A stretch of DNA of 50,154 bases. Origin: a virus (Duplodnaviria; Caudoviricetes). This document shows positions 8,801 through 19,051 of this stretch, piece after piece. The stretch covers positions 1-50,154 of the IMG/VR virus record IMGVR_UViG_3300037041_001770; one strand, given 5' to 3'. The notes under the pieces are model-generated. The model saw only the letters and a list, made by a program, of their open reading frames with translations. It was not told the DNA's origin and ran no database searches. The first letter of the stretch is position 1, and each line of letters starts with the position of its first letter. Made by a program: the position numbers and the translations under genes.

Positions 8801-11083
8801 AATATTGTCGATGATTTGAAGGGTAGAGTAGAGGGGCGAAGTCAAGAAATCAAGAAAATGGAAGAGGCTCTTAGATTATCCAATGATCTTTATGGCAGAT
8901 CAAAACAAGCAATAGCAGAATCTAAAGTTCAAGTAGATAAAATGTTTGATACTGGACTCGCACGAGTACAGATGGATTTACTTAATGAGCTGAATATAAA
9001 ACGACAAGAGATGCAAGACAATGTAAACAAAGAAACCCTAACCCAATTCGAAAACATAAACCTTGCATACGAAAAAGAAAAAGAGCTTTTAGATATCAAG
9101 CGTCAACAGTACGAAACACAGGGGTTAATGAATGAGTCAATGAAAGCTCAATTCGGTCAAATGGATGAACTTCTTAAGCAACAAAAAGAATTGCAGATAA
9201 AAAAAGCTCCAGGCAAAGAGTCCGAAGCATTAGAAAAAACAGGTTCAAATATTGCGGGATCAATTGCATCTACCTTCTCAACTGGTGCTATGGGAATGGT
9301 AACTGGCGCTATGGGTATGGTATCGGCAATTGCTGATATTGTAGATAAGATATTAGACTTTGTGCCTCAGTTTATAAATAAAATAGCTGGTATATTTGAT
9401 AAGATCACAAACCTTCCTAAAGTCCTTTTAGACTCTGTTAAAAACCTATCTCGCGCTGCTATTGATATGGTTAAAAATGCAATACCTAACCTTATCAATT
9501 ATCTTCCTGATATTGTTGATGAGCTTATTACTCTTCTATTTGAGGGCCTTCCCGATGCTTTCATGAGTCTCATTGATTCTCTTCCTGATATCATAAATAA
9601 ATTCATGGATAGATTACCAGAACTTGTAGAGAGAATCATAACGGGATTAATCGAAAGCGCGCCAAGAATAATGGCTATGATGATTCAAGCTCAAATAACC
9701 TTGATACCAGCACTTTGGAAGGCATGGTATAAATATATGCTTAAAATACCTGGAATAATTGTTAATGGCATTGTTGAAGGGCTAAAGAAAATTGGTAATC
9801 TATTCAAAGGAATTTCAATCAAAGGGCCTAATATTAAAAAGACTGTCGAAGGTCTTAAGCTTGGCATGAAGGCAGCAACTAAAACACTTACGGGAGAAGC
9901 GAGTAAACTATTCCAGGTAATGGATTTAGGGGCAAGCGATACAACAAAAGATGCTTTGAAAGATATTCCTGGAAATATTGAGAAGGGCGCAAAGAAAGCA
10001 GTTGATTACCTGACTATGTGGTGGAGAAAACTTATAAAAGAACTCCAAGCAGTATGGGACGGTATTGTTTCGGTATGGCGAAACCTATGGGATGGTATCA
10101 AAGTTATTTGGAGTGAATTAATTAGGGCCGGTAAAGCTGTTGTGGAATTTCTAAAAAATGTTTGGGATAAAGCCGTAAGTGCTCTTAAATCTGTATTTGA
10201 TTTTCTAAAATCTGTTTGGGATGAAATATGGAAATTTTTCGATGAAAAAATTATACAGCCATTAAAAGATGCGTGGAACGAGGTATGGAAATTTTTCGAT
10301 GAAAAAATCATACAGCCACTTACTGCGGCCTGGAATGCTGTATGGAAATTTTTTGATGAAAATATCATACAACCAATATCTAAAGTTTTTTCATCGATTA
10401 GTGAAATACTATTTAAGGCAGTAGATGGCTTTAGAGATGTTTTCGATTTTTTTATGAAGGGTATAACCTTTATTGTTTCTATTTTTAAGGGAGTAGCTGA
10501 ACTTTTAAAACCAATAGCCGACGTATTTTCTAAAGTTTTTGGAGGAATAGCCGACGTATTTAGCGCGGTAGATTGGTCAAGCATAGGAACAAAAATAGGC
10601 GAAGCATTCAGTAGCGTATTTGACGGGGTAAAAGGCTTCTTTTCAAAATTCTACAATACGCTTGCCGATCTTATAAACGCCATGAAGATACCAGCTTTTG
10701 AATATGGCGTGAGTATCTTAGGCAAAAAATACTCAGGTAAGTTATGGAATGAAATCGACCTTGTTCCAGGCAATATAGCATATCTTGCTGATGGTGGATT
10801 TATTCCAAGGGGAACGGATACTATCCCAGCAATGTTAAGTCCTGGCGAGTTTGTGCTAAACAAAAATGCTACCCAAGGTTTAGGATTAAACTTTCTGAAT
10901 AATCTTAATAGAGGAGGCGGCCAAACTTCTCAGCCTAACATAACGCTAAATATTCAAATCGAAACAACTCAGCCTATCGATGAAACATTCTTTAGAAATA
11001 ACCTTATGCCAAGAATAAAAGACGATATCAGAAGAAGAACTTTAAATGGTGAATTTATCATCTCAAGCAAAGGGGTCCGTTAA
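5867..11083 (+). CDS. Tape measure protein
   Basis: 1738 aa, helical, hydrophobic segments, Trp/Phe repeats, C-terminal LADGG...DTIPAMLSPGEFV motif. Confidence 0.95.
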   Translation: MAVTENMLVDIQVKSGDAEKQVIKLGQELEILNKKVVSNNEAIKRSSAEFARNSSAINMAVNNYDRTQSTIKNTDTSVKKLNQSLATSSQTMVQYNSSTAMANTTVMKMSSNIRNLEMAVNSLTMNVQFLIRSIKYFTDPKVLKNISDVSNVLGALAYSKGMGGTANALREVGKSFDTLSTKSQNFRDNADNNLNDVVERARLLNEVVEKSPSAFKVLSGAIALAAGDMVYSYSKAQKANKALDSQILTTGETSRKTFSKLATDVEKPVSGFSKMTAGIRHSASAVEALSLLSPVLIILGNKLKESENAFIRWGGVIMKTIGIISAGLMGFIGLALGAFAALSISIGNNILASTQEAMDKFIKFESVMAQFKFTVQGFSKVFGVDAVGSMEYWNKTMQQLYKTTVFTREELSKSIKLLIAEGQVIGLTVEDNTKLLDRAADVAAATGRDLYEVTQMIINGLTNNADAVLGLGIDIRNTSLAHSKYVEESGLAVEQMSAQELAMARLNALYEKTVPLVGAAANQTKTIAGSNMIYQKTLTDISVAIGQTGTATELYYASINKFLSVIRDLPKPLLSTYGSLKDILGVTLVIIGQMLKLGAVVFALTTVFKLLNFVLSSTWGITVSLSATLLYLGTVILPITAFVIALIASMKDLIDTSKGFEDTLKSVTGSLFVFSETVDGAEKSTFSFASGINRLINIALLPFKIVLIAIADTVNIFGIAFINIKKIFTSNDKTISEYNSKLNILWSRLRDLSNATGKAFKALDFFSESSALAASKTKELIDTQEKGANLTQKYKERVLKLAAAINEGFDKGIERQKFLGNEFDKSIATYKQAQNELNNVFKTKSTDKDAAQKYADNERKVLQASLEIDKLRLDTLKKINEQRKTLETEILRSQGRNIEAINREKIENLKAIDEQIAGLKLLENFKQEDLKTLEETRKLIEKSSDIKVGEERSKSLQKAIEAEKLLADLKRENARLDKNIVDDLKGRVEGRSQEIKKMEEALRLSNDLYGRSKQAIAESKVQVDKMFDTGLARVQMDLLNELNIKRQEMQDNVNKETLTQFENINLAYEKEKELLDIKRQQYETQGLMNESMKAQFGQMDELLKQQKELQIKKAPGKESEALEKTGSNIAGSIASTFSTGAMGMVTGAMGMVSAIADIVDKILDFVPQFINKIAGIFDKITNLPKVLLDSVKNLSRAAIDMVKNAIPNLINYLPDIVDELITLLFEGLPDAFMSLIDSLPDIINKFMDRLPELVERIITGLIESAPRIMAMMIQAQITLIPALWKAWYKYMLKIPGIIVNGIVEGLKKIGNLFKGISIKGPNIKKTVEGLKLGMKAATKTLTGEASKLFQVMDLGASDTTKDALKDIPGNIEKGAKKAVDYLTMWWRKLIKELQAVWDGIVSVWRNLWDGIKVIWSELIRAGKAVVEFLKNVWDKAVSALKSVFDFLKSVWDEIWKFFDEKIIQPLKDAWNEVWKFFDEKIIQPLTAAWNAVWKFFDENIIQPISKVFSSISEILFKAVDGFRDVFDFFMKGITFIVSIFKGVAELLKPIADVFSKVFGGIADVFSAVDWSSIGTKIGEAFSSVFDGVKGFFSKFYNTLADLINAMKIPAFEYGVSILGKKYSGKLWNEIDLVPGNIAYLADGGFIPRGTDTIPAMLSPGEFVLNKNATQGLGLNFLNNLNRGGGQTSQPNITLNIQIETTQPIDETFFRNNLMPRIKDDIRRRTLNGEFIISSKGVR
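10214..10380 (+). repeat. Three 57-bp (19-aa) tandem repeats in the tape measure gene
   Basis: WKFFDE(K/N)IIQP occurs three times with near-identical DNA (TATGGAAATTTTTYGATGAAAA). Confidence 0.9.
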
Positions 11084-12756
11084 TGACTAACCCAGTAACT
11101 CAAGGCTACCTTGAAAATCCATATTTAGAAGGAAATTACTTAGCTGGAACTGCTCAATTTGCATTTGGCCAGCAAGTTAAAATGATGATTACAAAAAGAG
11201 AATCTTATGGGATGCAAGCCCAGAAGATAATCAAAGACGAGATAAACTCTTTAGGTATGGAGGTATCAAGGTCAATAGCTAATATGCCAAAAGCTTTTGG
11301 TATGGAAATGATCGGGGGATTATTTAAACAGGCGACTATAGGCAAACAAGTTCAAAAAATAATAGAAAACTCTGAATATCTAGCCAATCAAGTTGAAGCT
11401 GTTTTGATTAAAGATTATACAACAGGCATTCAGGTTGAGCTTATCATTGATGCCAGCCATACAATGGGCTATCAGGTCAAAGCCCAAATGCTTGACGAGT
11501 ATGACTTTAAAGCCATGCAAACCGAAGCAAGACTATTCAAAGATAAGTCTCAGGCTTTCGAAGTGAAAAGAATCATTAAGAATTATCTATCTGAAAATGC
11601 ATCACAGTTTAAAGGCTACCTTCTCGATAGGATGGACAGCGCAGGGATGGAGGTAAGGCGAGACAAAAGCTTTCCGCATATATCTTGCTCAGGCTTCGGC
11701 TATCTTAATCAGCCATACCTGACCACGGCATATCTTGCGGCTGGTTACTGTGTTCCTGGTCCTATGCAGATAGAGCTTTTACTAAAGAAAAATGCACCGC
11801 GTGGGATAGAAGTAAATAGGATAGTCGAAACATTTACCCAAGTTGCTGTTGAAGTTAAAAAGGTGATTGCTGATAAGCTCTACTCATTCGGGATGCAAAT
11901 AGAAAGATTCAGGGCAACAAACGCCGGTATGCAAGTTAGGTTTATTCTCTATAATGATTACAATTTGCGCGTTCTTTGTGACTTCCCGTCAAGGGGGGTT
12001 ACAGGGAATAACTGGACATCTTCATCAACAGCGGCGGGTGACTTCTCCGTCAATAATGTCAATACCGATATTGTTGAACAGAGATGGCAATCAGTAACGG
12101 GAGTTAAATTTTCAACGCTGGTATGCGATACCCAAAAAACTCAGGGTATCGGTGTTGATACGCTGGCAATCTTAAACCATAACTTTACGACTTCGGCAGC
12201 GATATCATTAGAAGCTTCAAATCAATCTGACTTTTCAACAGTGGGATTTCAAAAGAATCTAACGATAAACAGAAATGAGGATATCTACTACATAGCTCCA
12301 ACCTACCCGACTCAGCAGTTTAGATATTGGCGTCTTATCTGCAATGATCCAACAAACCCAGATAACTACTTAAGAATTGGGACAATCGTATTTGGTAGCT
12401 CAATTATTATGCAGGGTGAAAGCTTTGTTGATACGGTTCGTAAGAGAAAAATACATTTTTCGGATAAAGTTGAAACAGAAGGCTACACGAATGTAAGCAA
12501 CGATAGATCACTTAAAAGGGCAATCAATATTGACTTTCTAAAGATCGCTTACGCACGGGGGAACTATAACGCGCTAACCAATGTTTTTGACTATTCGCGC
12601 ACAAGCCTAAAATGTCTTTGGATACCCGACCCACTTAAACCCTCTCGCTTTGCTGTGTTCGGAAAGCTTGCGACTATGCCAGAAGAAACCCATTTGAATA
12701 TGGGAACGGGCGCGGATTATGTCGATTTTTCCATGGAGGTCGATGAAAGCTTATGA
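11083..12756 (+). CDS. Distal tail (Dit-like) protein with repetitive N-terminal region
   Basis: Directly after the tape measure; C-terminal LAILNHNF...FRYWRL...LRIGTI pattern; GMQ/GME repeats. Confidence 0.65.
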   Translation: MTNPVTQGYLENPYLEGNYLAGTAQFAFGQQVKMMITKRESYGMQAQKIIKDEINSLGMEVSRSIANMPKAFGMEMIGGLFKQATIGKQVQKIIENSEYLANQVEAVLIKDYTTGIQVELIIDASHTMGYQVKAQMLDEYDFKAMQTEARLFKDKSQAFEVKRIIKNYLSENASQFKGYLLDRMDSAGMEVRRDKSFPHISCSGFGYLNQPYLTTAYLAAGYCVPGPMQIELLLKKNAPRGIEVNRIVETFTQVAVEVKKVIADKLYSFGMQIERFRATNAGMQVRFILYNDYNLRVLCDFPSRGVTGNNWTSSSTAAGDFSVNNVNTDIVEQRWQSVTGVKFSTLVCDTQKTQGIGVDTLAILNHNFTTSAAISLEASNQSDFSTVGFQKNLTINRNEDIYYIAPTYPTQQFRYWRLICNDPTNPDNYLRIGTIVFGSSIIMQGESFVDTVRKRKIHFSDKVETEGYTNVSNDRSLKRAINIDFLKIAYARGNYNALTNVFDYSRTSLKCLWIPDPLKPSRFAVFGKLATMPEETHLNMGTGADYVDFSMEVDESL

Positions 12757-14726
12757 GTAGTTCAGACAGAAAACCTTATTTATCCTCAACGTCAATCGAT
12801 CAAGACTTGCTTGATGATTGCTCAGATAATCTTGAAAATCGTCTTGAGCTGGTTGTTGAAATTCAAACGCCGGACGGGACCATATATGCGAGTGATCGCA
12901 ACAAATATGTTGGCAGCACATTTTATGAAGCTTTACTTAACTTCCCTGTCATCAATCGAACGATTGGCGAGTGGTTAGCTCCAGACCTTCAATTCTCTTC
13001 AATCAATATTGACCTGTCAAATGTGGATGGGAGATTTAATAAATATCTTCCTGGCGGCGCAAACTTCGGCAACTGGATTGGTAAAAGGGTATTGGTGAAG
13101 CTTGGTATTGCCGAGTCTCTGGCTTCATACCGCACCATATTCGAGGGATTCGTAACCGATATAGGCGGCTTCAAACGCTCGGTAAGCTCTATAACAATCA
13201 TAGCGCGTGATAAGTTCGACACAATAAACGCTAGCTTTCCAAAAGTTCTTTTGACAAAAACCAGCTACCCGATGCTTGAAGAAAAAAACATTAACAAGCT
13301 TCTTCCTGTCATTTATGGAAGCTGGAAAGAGGAGTTAGAACCAGACCCTGCAATTGTTCCCTCATACTGTACAAATGGCACAGACCCTCTAGTTGATTTC
13401 AAAGAAAGAATTGTTGAGATATCGATTAGTAGTCCTGCAATTTTTACATGCAATGAGCACCACTTGCAAAATGGCGATAAAGTTCAGCTCAATACAAGCG
13501 GGGCTTTGCCGAGTCCACTTGTGGCCGAGAGTGATTATTATGTCAAAAGCATATCGGGCGATATCACCTTTGAACTTTCAACGACTCCGGGCGGCGGCTC
13601 GATAAACACAAGCGGCGGCCAAAGCGGTGTGCACAAATTTATAGCATCGCCAACAGCAACAGCAAGAAATTCAAAATATGTCATATCTGAAAACAGCCTA
13701 AAGGAGCTTGTTACAACAGAAATCTACATGAAAAGAAGTGAGGTTTATAATCTTGTTCCTATCGGTGAAATCGAGAACATTGGAACAGATAATCGCACGT
13801 TCGAAGTAAAGCAAAGAACAGCCACTCTTTGGGTCGATAATGGCGAGAGCGCCCTAGTCGCTTACGAGTGGGAAAGCGGCGATGAATTTTTTATTAGGTG
13901 TATCGGTTTGGACCTTGATATCTATACCGACAACATAATCAGCCAATGCAAGCATATCCTTCTGACTCATGGGGGAATTGGAATTGGTGATTTTGATAGC
14001 TCTTGGGATTACTATAGAGCAAAGTCATCGCCAGCAGAGAGCGCCATAGCTCAATTCAAATCAAGGATATGGCTACAAGAAGCGCAAGGGGCATTGTCTT
14101 ATGTTCTCTCCATGCTTGAGCAGGTAAGGCTTGAGGCTTTTATTGATGCAAACCTCAAGCTAAAACTTTCATCTCTGCACTTTGACGAATTTGTAAGTAA
14201 TCCGACATTTGTTATAAAAAATTGGGATATCGAAAAAGGTTCATTCACTACCTCAGTGGATGACAAAAACAATTTCAATCGGGCGCAAGCTGTCTTTAAC
14301 TTTTCACCGATTCGAAACGAAAACGCACGCTCTACAAAGATCCATAAAAACCAAGACTCAATAACACAAATTGGTAAAGAGATTTCTAAAAAACTTGTCT
14401 TTCCAAATCTGTATCAAGAAACCGTTGTTTCTTCACAATTAATAGAGATTTTGAAATTAGCATCGGCTACCATCGAAATCATAAGTTGTACAGTGACGTG
14501 GAGAAGTTTACTTAAAGACATTAGCCAATTTGCCCTACTTGATGTTAAAATTGGTTCGAGTGAATTTGAGCTTGTGACATGTCAAATTAGAGAAATTGGG
14601 TATGATCCCCAAGGACTTAAGCTACCGATCAAGCTTTGGTCTTTCCAAATGTGTCCTTATCCAGGCTATGAGCCAGGATATGCGGGTACAGTTGGGGGTT
14701 TTAACGCGAACATAACTTTCGAATAA
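12753..14726 (+). CDS. Baseplate hub/Tal-like protein
   Basis: Position; ITIIARDKF and LLPVIYG motifs; inserted beta domain (HHLQNGDKV...YYVK...FELSTT). Confidence 0.7.
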   Translation: MSSSDRKPYLSSTSIDQDLLDDCSDNLENRLELVVEIQTPDGTIYASDRNKYVGSTFYEALLNFPVINRTIGEWLAPDLQFSSINIDLSNVDGRFNKYLPGGANFGNWIGKRVLVKLGIAESLASYRTIFEGFVTDIGGFKRSVSSITIIARDKFDTINASFPKVLLTKTSYPMLEEKNINKLLPVIYGSWKEELEPDPAIVPSYCTNGTDPLVDFKERIVEISISSPAIFTCNEHHLQNGDKVQLNTSGALPSPLVAESDYYVKSISGDITFELSTTPGGGSINTSGGQSGVHKFIASPTATARNSKYVISENSLKELVTTEIYMKRSEVYNLVPIGEIENIGTDNRTFEVKQRTATLWVDNGESALVAYEWESGDEFFIRCIGLDLDIYTDNIISQCKHILLTHGGIGIGDFDSSWDYYRAKSSPAESAIAQFKSRIWLQEAQGALSYVLSMLEQVRLEAFIDANLKLKLSSLHFDEFVSNPTFVIKNWDIEKGSFTTSVDDKNNFNRAQAVFNFSPIRNENARSTKIHKNQDSITQIGKEISKKLVFPNLYQETVVSSQLIEILKLASATIEIISCTVTWRSLLKDISQFALLDVKIGSSEFELVTCQIREIGYDPQGLKLPIKLWSFQMCPYPGYEPGYAGTVGGFNANITFE

Positions 14727-14738
14727 GGGGTTTAGAAA

Positions 14739-15428
14739 ATGGCGGTACTTTTAACAGTTAGCGAAACACTTAGCGGCGCGGCGTTCAACGATGACCTTGA
14801 AGGGCCTGATGGTATCGGTATTGACCTTGGATCTTGTATCAACGGACAATATGCGCCAATCATTTCTCAGCCAGCGAATACGGGTCACAAGAATGTCTAT
14901 ATTCGGCATGACGCAGTTGTAGACCCGATCACTGATGTTAAAACCTTTCTACAACAATTTGGCGTAGGTACAGGCTTCACATACGGCGGCGCGAATTCAG
15001 CGGCTACCGACCTAACCACAATTCTTAATATGGGTGACGCCTCAGCCTCAGCGAATCCAAACAATGCTGATGGCCTTGCGGGTGGACTTCATATCGATAT
15101 GGATTGGCAGGTATCCACGGCAAACCAGTTTTCACCAACACGGATTGGTAGCCAAGTGAGAATTTATGGCGATGGCGGCGGCGCGGCAAGCGGGGAAGGT
15201 CGCAGCTTACTAACAGCAATTCCCATGCATGTTGATGCAATGAGTTTTGATAGCGCGGGAACTGAGGTAGACGCAACGACTCCTCAAGCTGGAAAAATTG
15301 GAAAAATAGGCGATGCAGTTTTAGGTGATCGTGCTCATTCAAGAATGAGATTTTTCCTCAGAAATGATGAAGTGGACGGCGGCATACTTCAGTGGGAGAT
15401 TGTTTTTGCGTACTCGTATACTGCTTGA
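14739..15428 (+). CDS. Putative minor tail/baseplate protein
   Basis: Gly/Ala/Thr-rich, AGGGGT RBS, within the tail module. Confidence 0.6.
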   Translation: MAVLLTVSETLSGAAFNDDLEGPDGIGIDLGSCINGQYAPIISQPANTGHKNVYIRHDAVVDPITDVKTFLQQFGVGTGFTYGGANSAATDLTTILNMGDASASANPNNADGLAGGLHIDMDWQVSTANQFSPTRIGSQVRIYGDGGGAASGEGRSLLTAIPMHVDAMSFDSAGTEVDATTPQAGKIGKIGDAVLGDRAHSRMRFFLRNDEVDGGILQWEIVFAYSYTA

Positions 15429-15442
15429 TATAAGGTGTTGAT

Positions 15443-15847
15443 ATGTTTGGACAAAATCTATTTGATATGCGCTTTCGGTTCGAATTTTCGGACGGTAAGC
15501 CAACGATGTTTGGTAAATGGAACGACACGAACAAGCACGCAAAAAAACAGGCTTGGAGTGTTAATAGAAACGGTCTTTCCCGTGTGATGATTGAAGCAAG
15601 AAACATAGAAACGGGAGAAATTAAGGTTGTAGTTGATTGCCCTGGTCATGACTATCGCTTCATGCAATGGCGTGCGGTGCGGTCAGTCAATCTTAACGCG
15701 CTATCAAATCAAACTTTGACAAGAAACATCGGGCTAGTCTTATGGACAAGCTCCAAAAAAATATACGTCTATAACTGGGGGAAAGTTGAAATAGAGGAAC
15801 TAAGTATTGATGATAAAAAATATCACTTTGCAGCTTATGGGAGATAA
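15443..15847 (+). CDS. Hypothetical protein in the tail module
   Basis: AAGG RBS; tight packing. Confidence 0.6.
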   Translation: MFGQNLFDMRFRFEFSDGKPTMFGKWNDTNKHAKKQAWSVNRNGLSRVMIEARNIETGEIKVVVDCPGHDYRFMQWRAVRSVNLNALSNQTLTRNIGLVLWTSSKKIYVYNWGKVEIEELSIDDKKYHFAAYGR

Positions 15848-15851
15848 GTAA

Positions 15852-18200
15852 ATGACAGTAGTGTCAAAACTAAAGCTTAACCATCCACCCTTGGGGGATG
15901 AAGGTGGTTCGGCATTGCATACATCAGTAGAGGCTATCTATCAAAAGGTAGGCGACTCTATAAACTCACGCTTTTTTGTTTATGAGAATCTAGCAGATAC
16001 AGCAAGCATTGACTTTGATCACAACTTTATTACCGACTTTGCAAATCTAAGAATCGATCTTTATGCTTACAATGACGTAACTGATGAAATCACGTTAATT
16101 ACTGATTTGTCAGATTGGGTTATTGCTGAAAAAGTAGGTAACGAAACAACGCACGTCAGAGTCACGAACAACACGGGATCGGTTCAGGATATCGGCATTA
16201 TCATCATGCTTGATCCAATCAAGCTTGGTAATCTCAAAAATGTTGATGTTCCAACTCCCGAAGATGGTCAGGCTCTTGTTTTTGATTCTGCTACCGGCAA
16301 ATGGAAGGCGGGGGCCTCTGGTGATGCCTCTTTTAAATTCCAATCGCTGAATGCTGGAATACTTACGGTTAAAAAGGGTTTCTTGTTTCTCTCTTCAAAA
16401 GAGGAGCTTTACGCGGCAAATGATATTCTGATAACTCTCGCAAGTTATATCAGCTCAGATGGTGCGTACTACGGATATATTGATAGGCTTAGACTTGGTC
16501 AACCAGCTATCGTGGGCGGTCGCAAGCTTGTAGCTGTTGATGATACCATGTGGCTTTTTAGCACAACTTCACCGGATAATATCAACTCCTCTCGCTATAT
16601 CGGTGTAGGTATTGTGGTCAGGGCTGGCGGTGTATTTACCACTTTCGCAACTCTCGCGACTCGCCTTCATGATGTTGCTCTTGGGGTAGATGGATCTTTG
16701 GAGCATACTGTTTCATATACTGCGCTTGGTGATATTGGATCGATTGGACAAAGAAAAGCTGGTCATGTTTTAACAAGTAATTCTTTCCCAGTTGCAGCAT
16801 ATGCAGCTACAAGTTTTTTTAATCTTGCAGCGAATCCAAATGATGGCAATACGACCCTAGGCAAAAACCTAACCAACGACAATGCGGCCTTATTCAACGC
16901 GGATGATATTTTAGGCTCAGTTAATGCGGCGGCAACGCTGAATGGGACTAACCAAAGATTTTCAAGCACAAACGCGCATTTTGATCCCCAAGATTTAGGA
17001 AACACAATCGACTTTACAGCTGGCGGTTGGTTCAAAGCTACTAACTGGGCGGCTGCGGCTGGTCTATTTGGGCAATGGGTAGCTGCGGCGCTATCATTTG
17101 CGGTAGGGGTCGATGCTTCGGGTTATCCTTATGTGAAAGCAACAACAGACGGGGCAACAGCAAGCCAAGCAACAAGCGATACAGCACTAACAGGAACGGG
17201 ATGGCACCACTTCGCGGTTAGATACATTGCAGCTTCAAACAAGTTTGAACTGAAGGTGGACGGGGATCTTGTCGCTACTCTCACGCTAGGGGCAAATCTT
17301 TATAACGCGGGGGCTTCGCGGGTCTTTACCCTTGGATCACACCATAGCGCGGCATACTTTGCGGGAGTAGTCAGCAACTTCATGTTCTGCAATGGAACTG
17401 CCTATACTGATTCACAGCTGTCTAAAATTTGGGCAGCAAAGGAAACTCATTACCGCACGATTAGCACAGAATCACAACTTTGGTGGTTGTGGGTGAAGGG
17501 CGAGGGGATTCAGCGCAATGCTTTGGACCGTGTAGTTGATATCAATTCAGATGAGCTTTACTACAATCTTTTTGATATGCCAGCTACCAACGAAATTGCA
17601 ATGAAGCTTTATAATGGCGGGGCCGGTGGAGCTTCAAAGCCTTCAAAGCCAAGGGAACTTGAGCTAACTGTTGATCAACTCGATGCTATGCTGCCTCTTT
17701 CTCATGGCCTCGGAGCGGTTCCAGTCATTCAGTTTAAGGTCAAAAATATCGATGGTGACTATGAGACTTTAAATTCTGGTTCCTACTTTCTTTTGACAGC
17801 AACACAGATAAAGCTTGCGGGGGCTTCGCTGGTTTCGCTGTTCGGTACGGGTGTTACAGTGCTGCTTAATTATTCAACAGGGAACTTGTCGCAGTTTGTG
17901 CCGAACAGGTTTTGGAATAGTTATGTGACATCTTCGAATCAGGGTGTAGCTGTTAATGATCAGGCAATTTTTAACACAACTGGAGGAGCTAAAACGGCAA
18001 CTCTTCCCGCGTCTCCCGCGTGCGGTGATAAGGTTTTATTAGTCGATGGCCGTAGTAATTTTGGTGTTAATGCTTTGACACTCGATAGAAACGGCAAGCT
18101 AATAAATGGGGCGGCCTCTAACTTTGATTGTGATGTTTCCGGTGCGGTTTACACGGCAACTTTTATTGATGACACTTTTGGCTGGTTAATCAGCTTTTAA
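15852..18200 (+). CDS. Tail fibre/receptor-binding protein with LamG (ConA-like) domain and C-terminal T4 gp9/10-like domain
   Basis: FTAGGWFK...WHHFAV...LKVDG (LamG); NTTGGAKTATLPASP...GD...LTLDRNGKLING. Confidence 0.8.
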   Translation: MTVVSKLKLNHPPLGDEGGSALHTSVEAIYQKVGDSINSRFFVYENLADTASIDFDHNFITDFANLRIDLYAYNDVTDEITLITDLSDWVIAEKVGNETTHVRVTNNTGSVQDIGIIIMLDPIKLGNLKNVDVPTPEDGQALVFDSATGKWKAGASGDASFKFQSLNAGILTVKKGFLFLSSKEELYAANDILITLASYISSDGAYYGYIDRLRLGQPAIVGGRKLVAVDDTMWLFSTTSPDNINSSRYIGVGIVVRAGGVFTTFATLATRLHDVALGVDGSLEHTVSYTALGDIGSIGQRKAGHVLTSNSFPVAAYAATSFFNLAANPNDGNTTLGKNLTNDNAALFNADDILGSVNAAATLNGTNQRFSSTNAHFDPQDLGNTIDFTAGGWFKATNWAAAAGLFGQWVAAALSFAVGVDASGYPYVKATTDGATASQATSDTALTGTGWHHFAVRYIAASNKFELKVDGDLVATLTLGANLYNAGASRVFTLGSHHSAAYFAGVVSNFMFCNGTAYTDSQLSKIWAAKETHYRTISTESQLWWLWVKGEGIQRNALDRVVDINSDELYYNLFDMPATNEIAMKLYNGGAGGASKPSKPRELELTVDQLDAMLPLSHGLGAVPVIQFKVKNIDGDYETLNSGSYFLLTATQIKLAGASLVSLFGTGVTVLLNYSTGNLSQFVPNRFWNSYVTSSNQGVAVNDQAIFNTTGGAKTATLPASPACGDKVLLVDGRSNFGVNALTLDRNGKLINGAASNFDCDVSGAVYTATFIDDTFGWLISF

Positions 18201-18211
18201 CGGGGGTTAAA

Positions 18212-19042
18212 ATGAAATTTTTATTTGGTATTTTTCTTTTATCTTTGGGTATAGGTATTGGGCCTCTCATGGCTCAGAATCAGAAGGCAAGCGATAAGGC
18301 TAGCGAAATGGGCATGATAATTCCATCGGGAACCATCATGCCATATGCTGGCGCAACAGCTCCAGCCGGTTGGGTCTTTGCAGCGGGTCAGGAATATAAC
18401 ACCACGGGAACATATGCGAAGCTTTTTGCTGCGATTGGTTCGGCCTATTGTACGAATGACCACGGCGCGGGAGGCTCATGTACCACGGGAGTTTTTAGAC
18501 TTCCTGATTTGCGCGGTAGATTTGTGGGCGGTCGCGATAATATGAACGGCATTGCTGCGAATCGAATCACAGCAGCTAAAACACTTGATGGAACTATCCT
18601 TGGAAAAGCTGGCGGCTCACAAAATGTTGCTGGTCATTATCATGGCCACACTTTAAACATTACTTCGAGCGGTAGCGGTACGGTAACAGGAACAGTTGGA
18701 GGCGCTGATGGAACTCATAACCATACAATAACTGACCCTGGTCATGCTCATAATCAACTAGCAACATATGCAGGGACGGGTGGAGGTGGTTTTGCTGGAA
18801 TTAGTGGAGGAGGTAATACAAATACACAGATTACATCTTCACTGACTTCGATATCTATTAATTCAACTAATTCAGGTCATGGCCATGGATTTTCTTTAAC
18901 AGCTCCAAACCATGCACATGCAAACGGAAACTTTGCGGGAACGGTCGGCCTCGCATCAGGATCAGGCGGCTGTGATGGCAATAGCGATTCATGCAACAAC
19001 CTTTCACCAACAATTATTCTAAATTACATTATCAAACTTTAA
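18212..19042 (+). CDS. Tail-collar fibre 1 with N-terminal signal peptide and HxH needle
   Basis: IPSGTIMPYAG...PAGW...LFAAIG...FRLPDLRGRF collar; HYH/HNH/HAH motifs; LNYIIKL end; MKFLFGIFLLSLGIGIGPLMA leader. Confidence 0.9.
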   Translation: MKFLFGIFLLSLGIGIGPLMAQNQKASDKASEMGMIIPSGTIMPYAGATAPAGWVFAAGQEYNTTGTYAKLFAAIGSAYCTNDHGAGGSCTTGVFRLPDLRGRFVGGRDNMNGIAANRITAAKTLDGTILGKAGGSQNVAGHYHGHTLNITSSGSGTVTGTVGGADGTHNHTITDPGHAHNQLATYAGTGGGGFAGISGGGNTNTQITSSLTSISINSTNSGHGHGFSLTAPNHAHANGNFAGTVGLASGSGGCDGNSDSCNNLSPTIILNYIIKL

Positions 19043-19051
19043 GGGGTAAAA

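Noticed and set aside
6601-10863. Antisense ORFs within the tape measure gene, and similar shadow ORFs in other long genes
   Set aside because: They mirror the codon bias of the sense gene; no RBS or recognisable motifs
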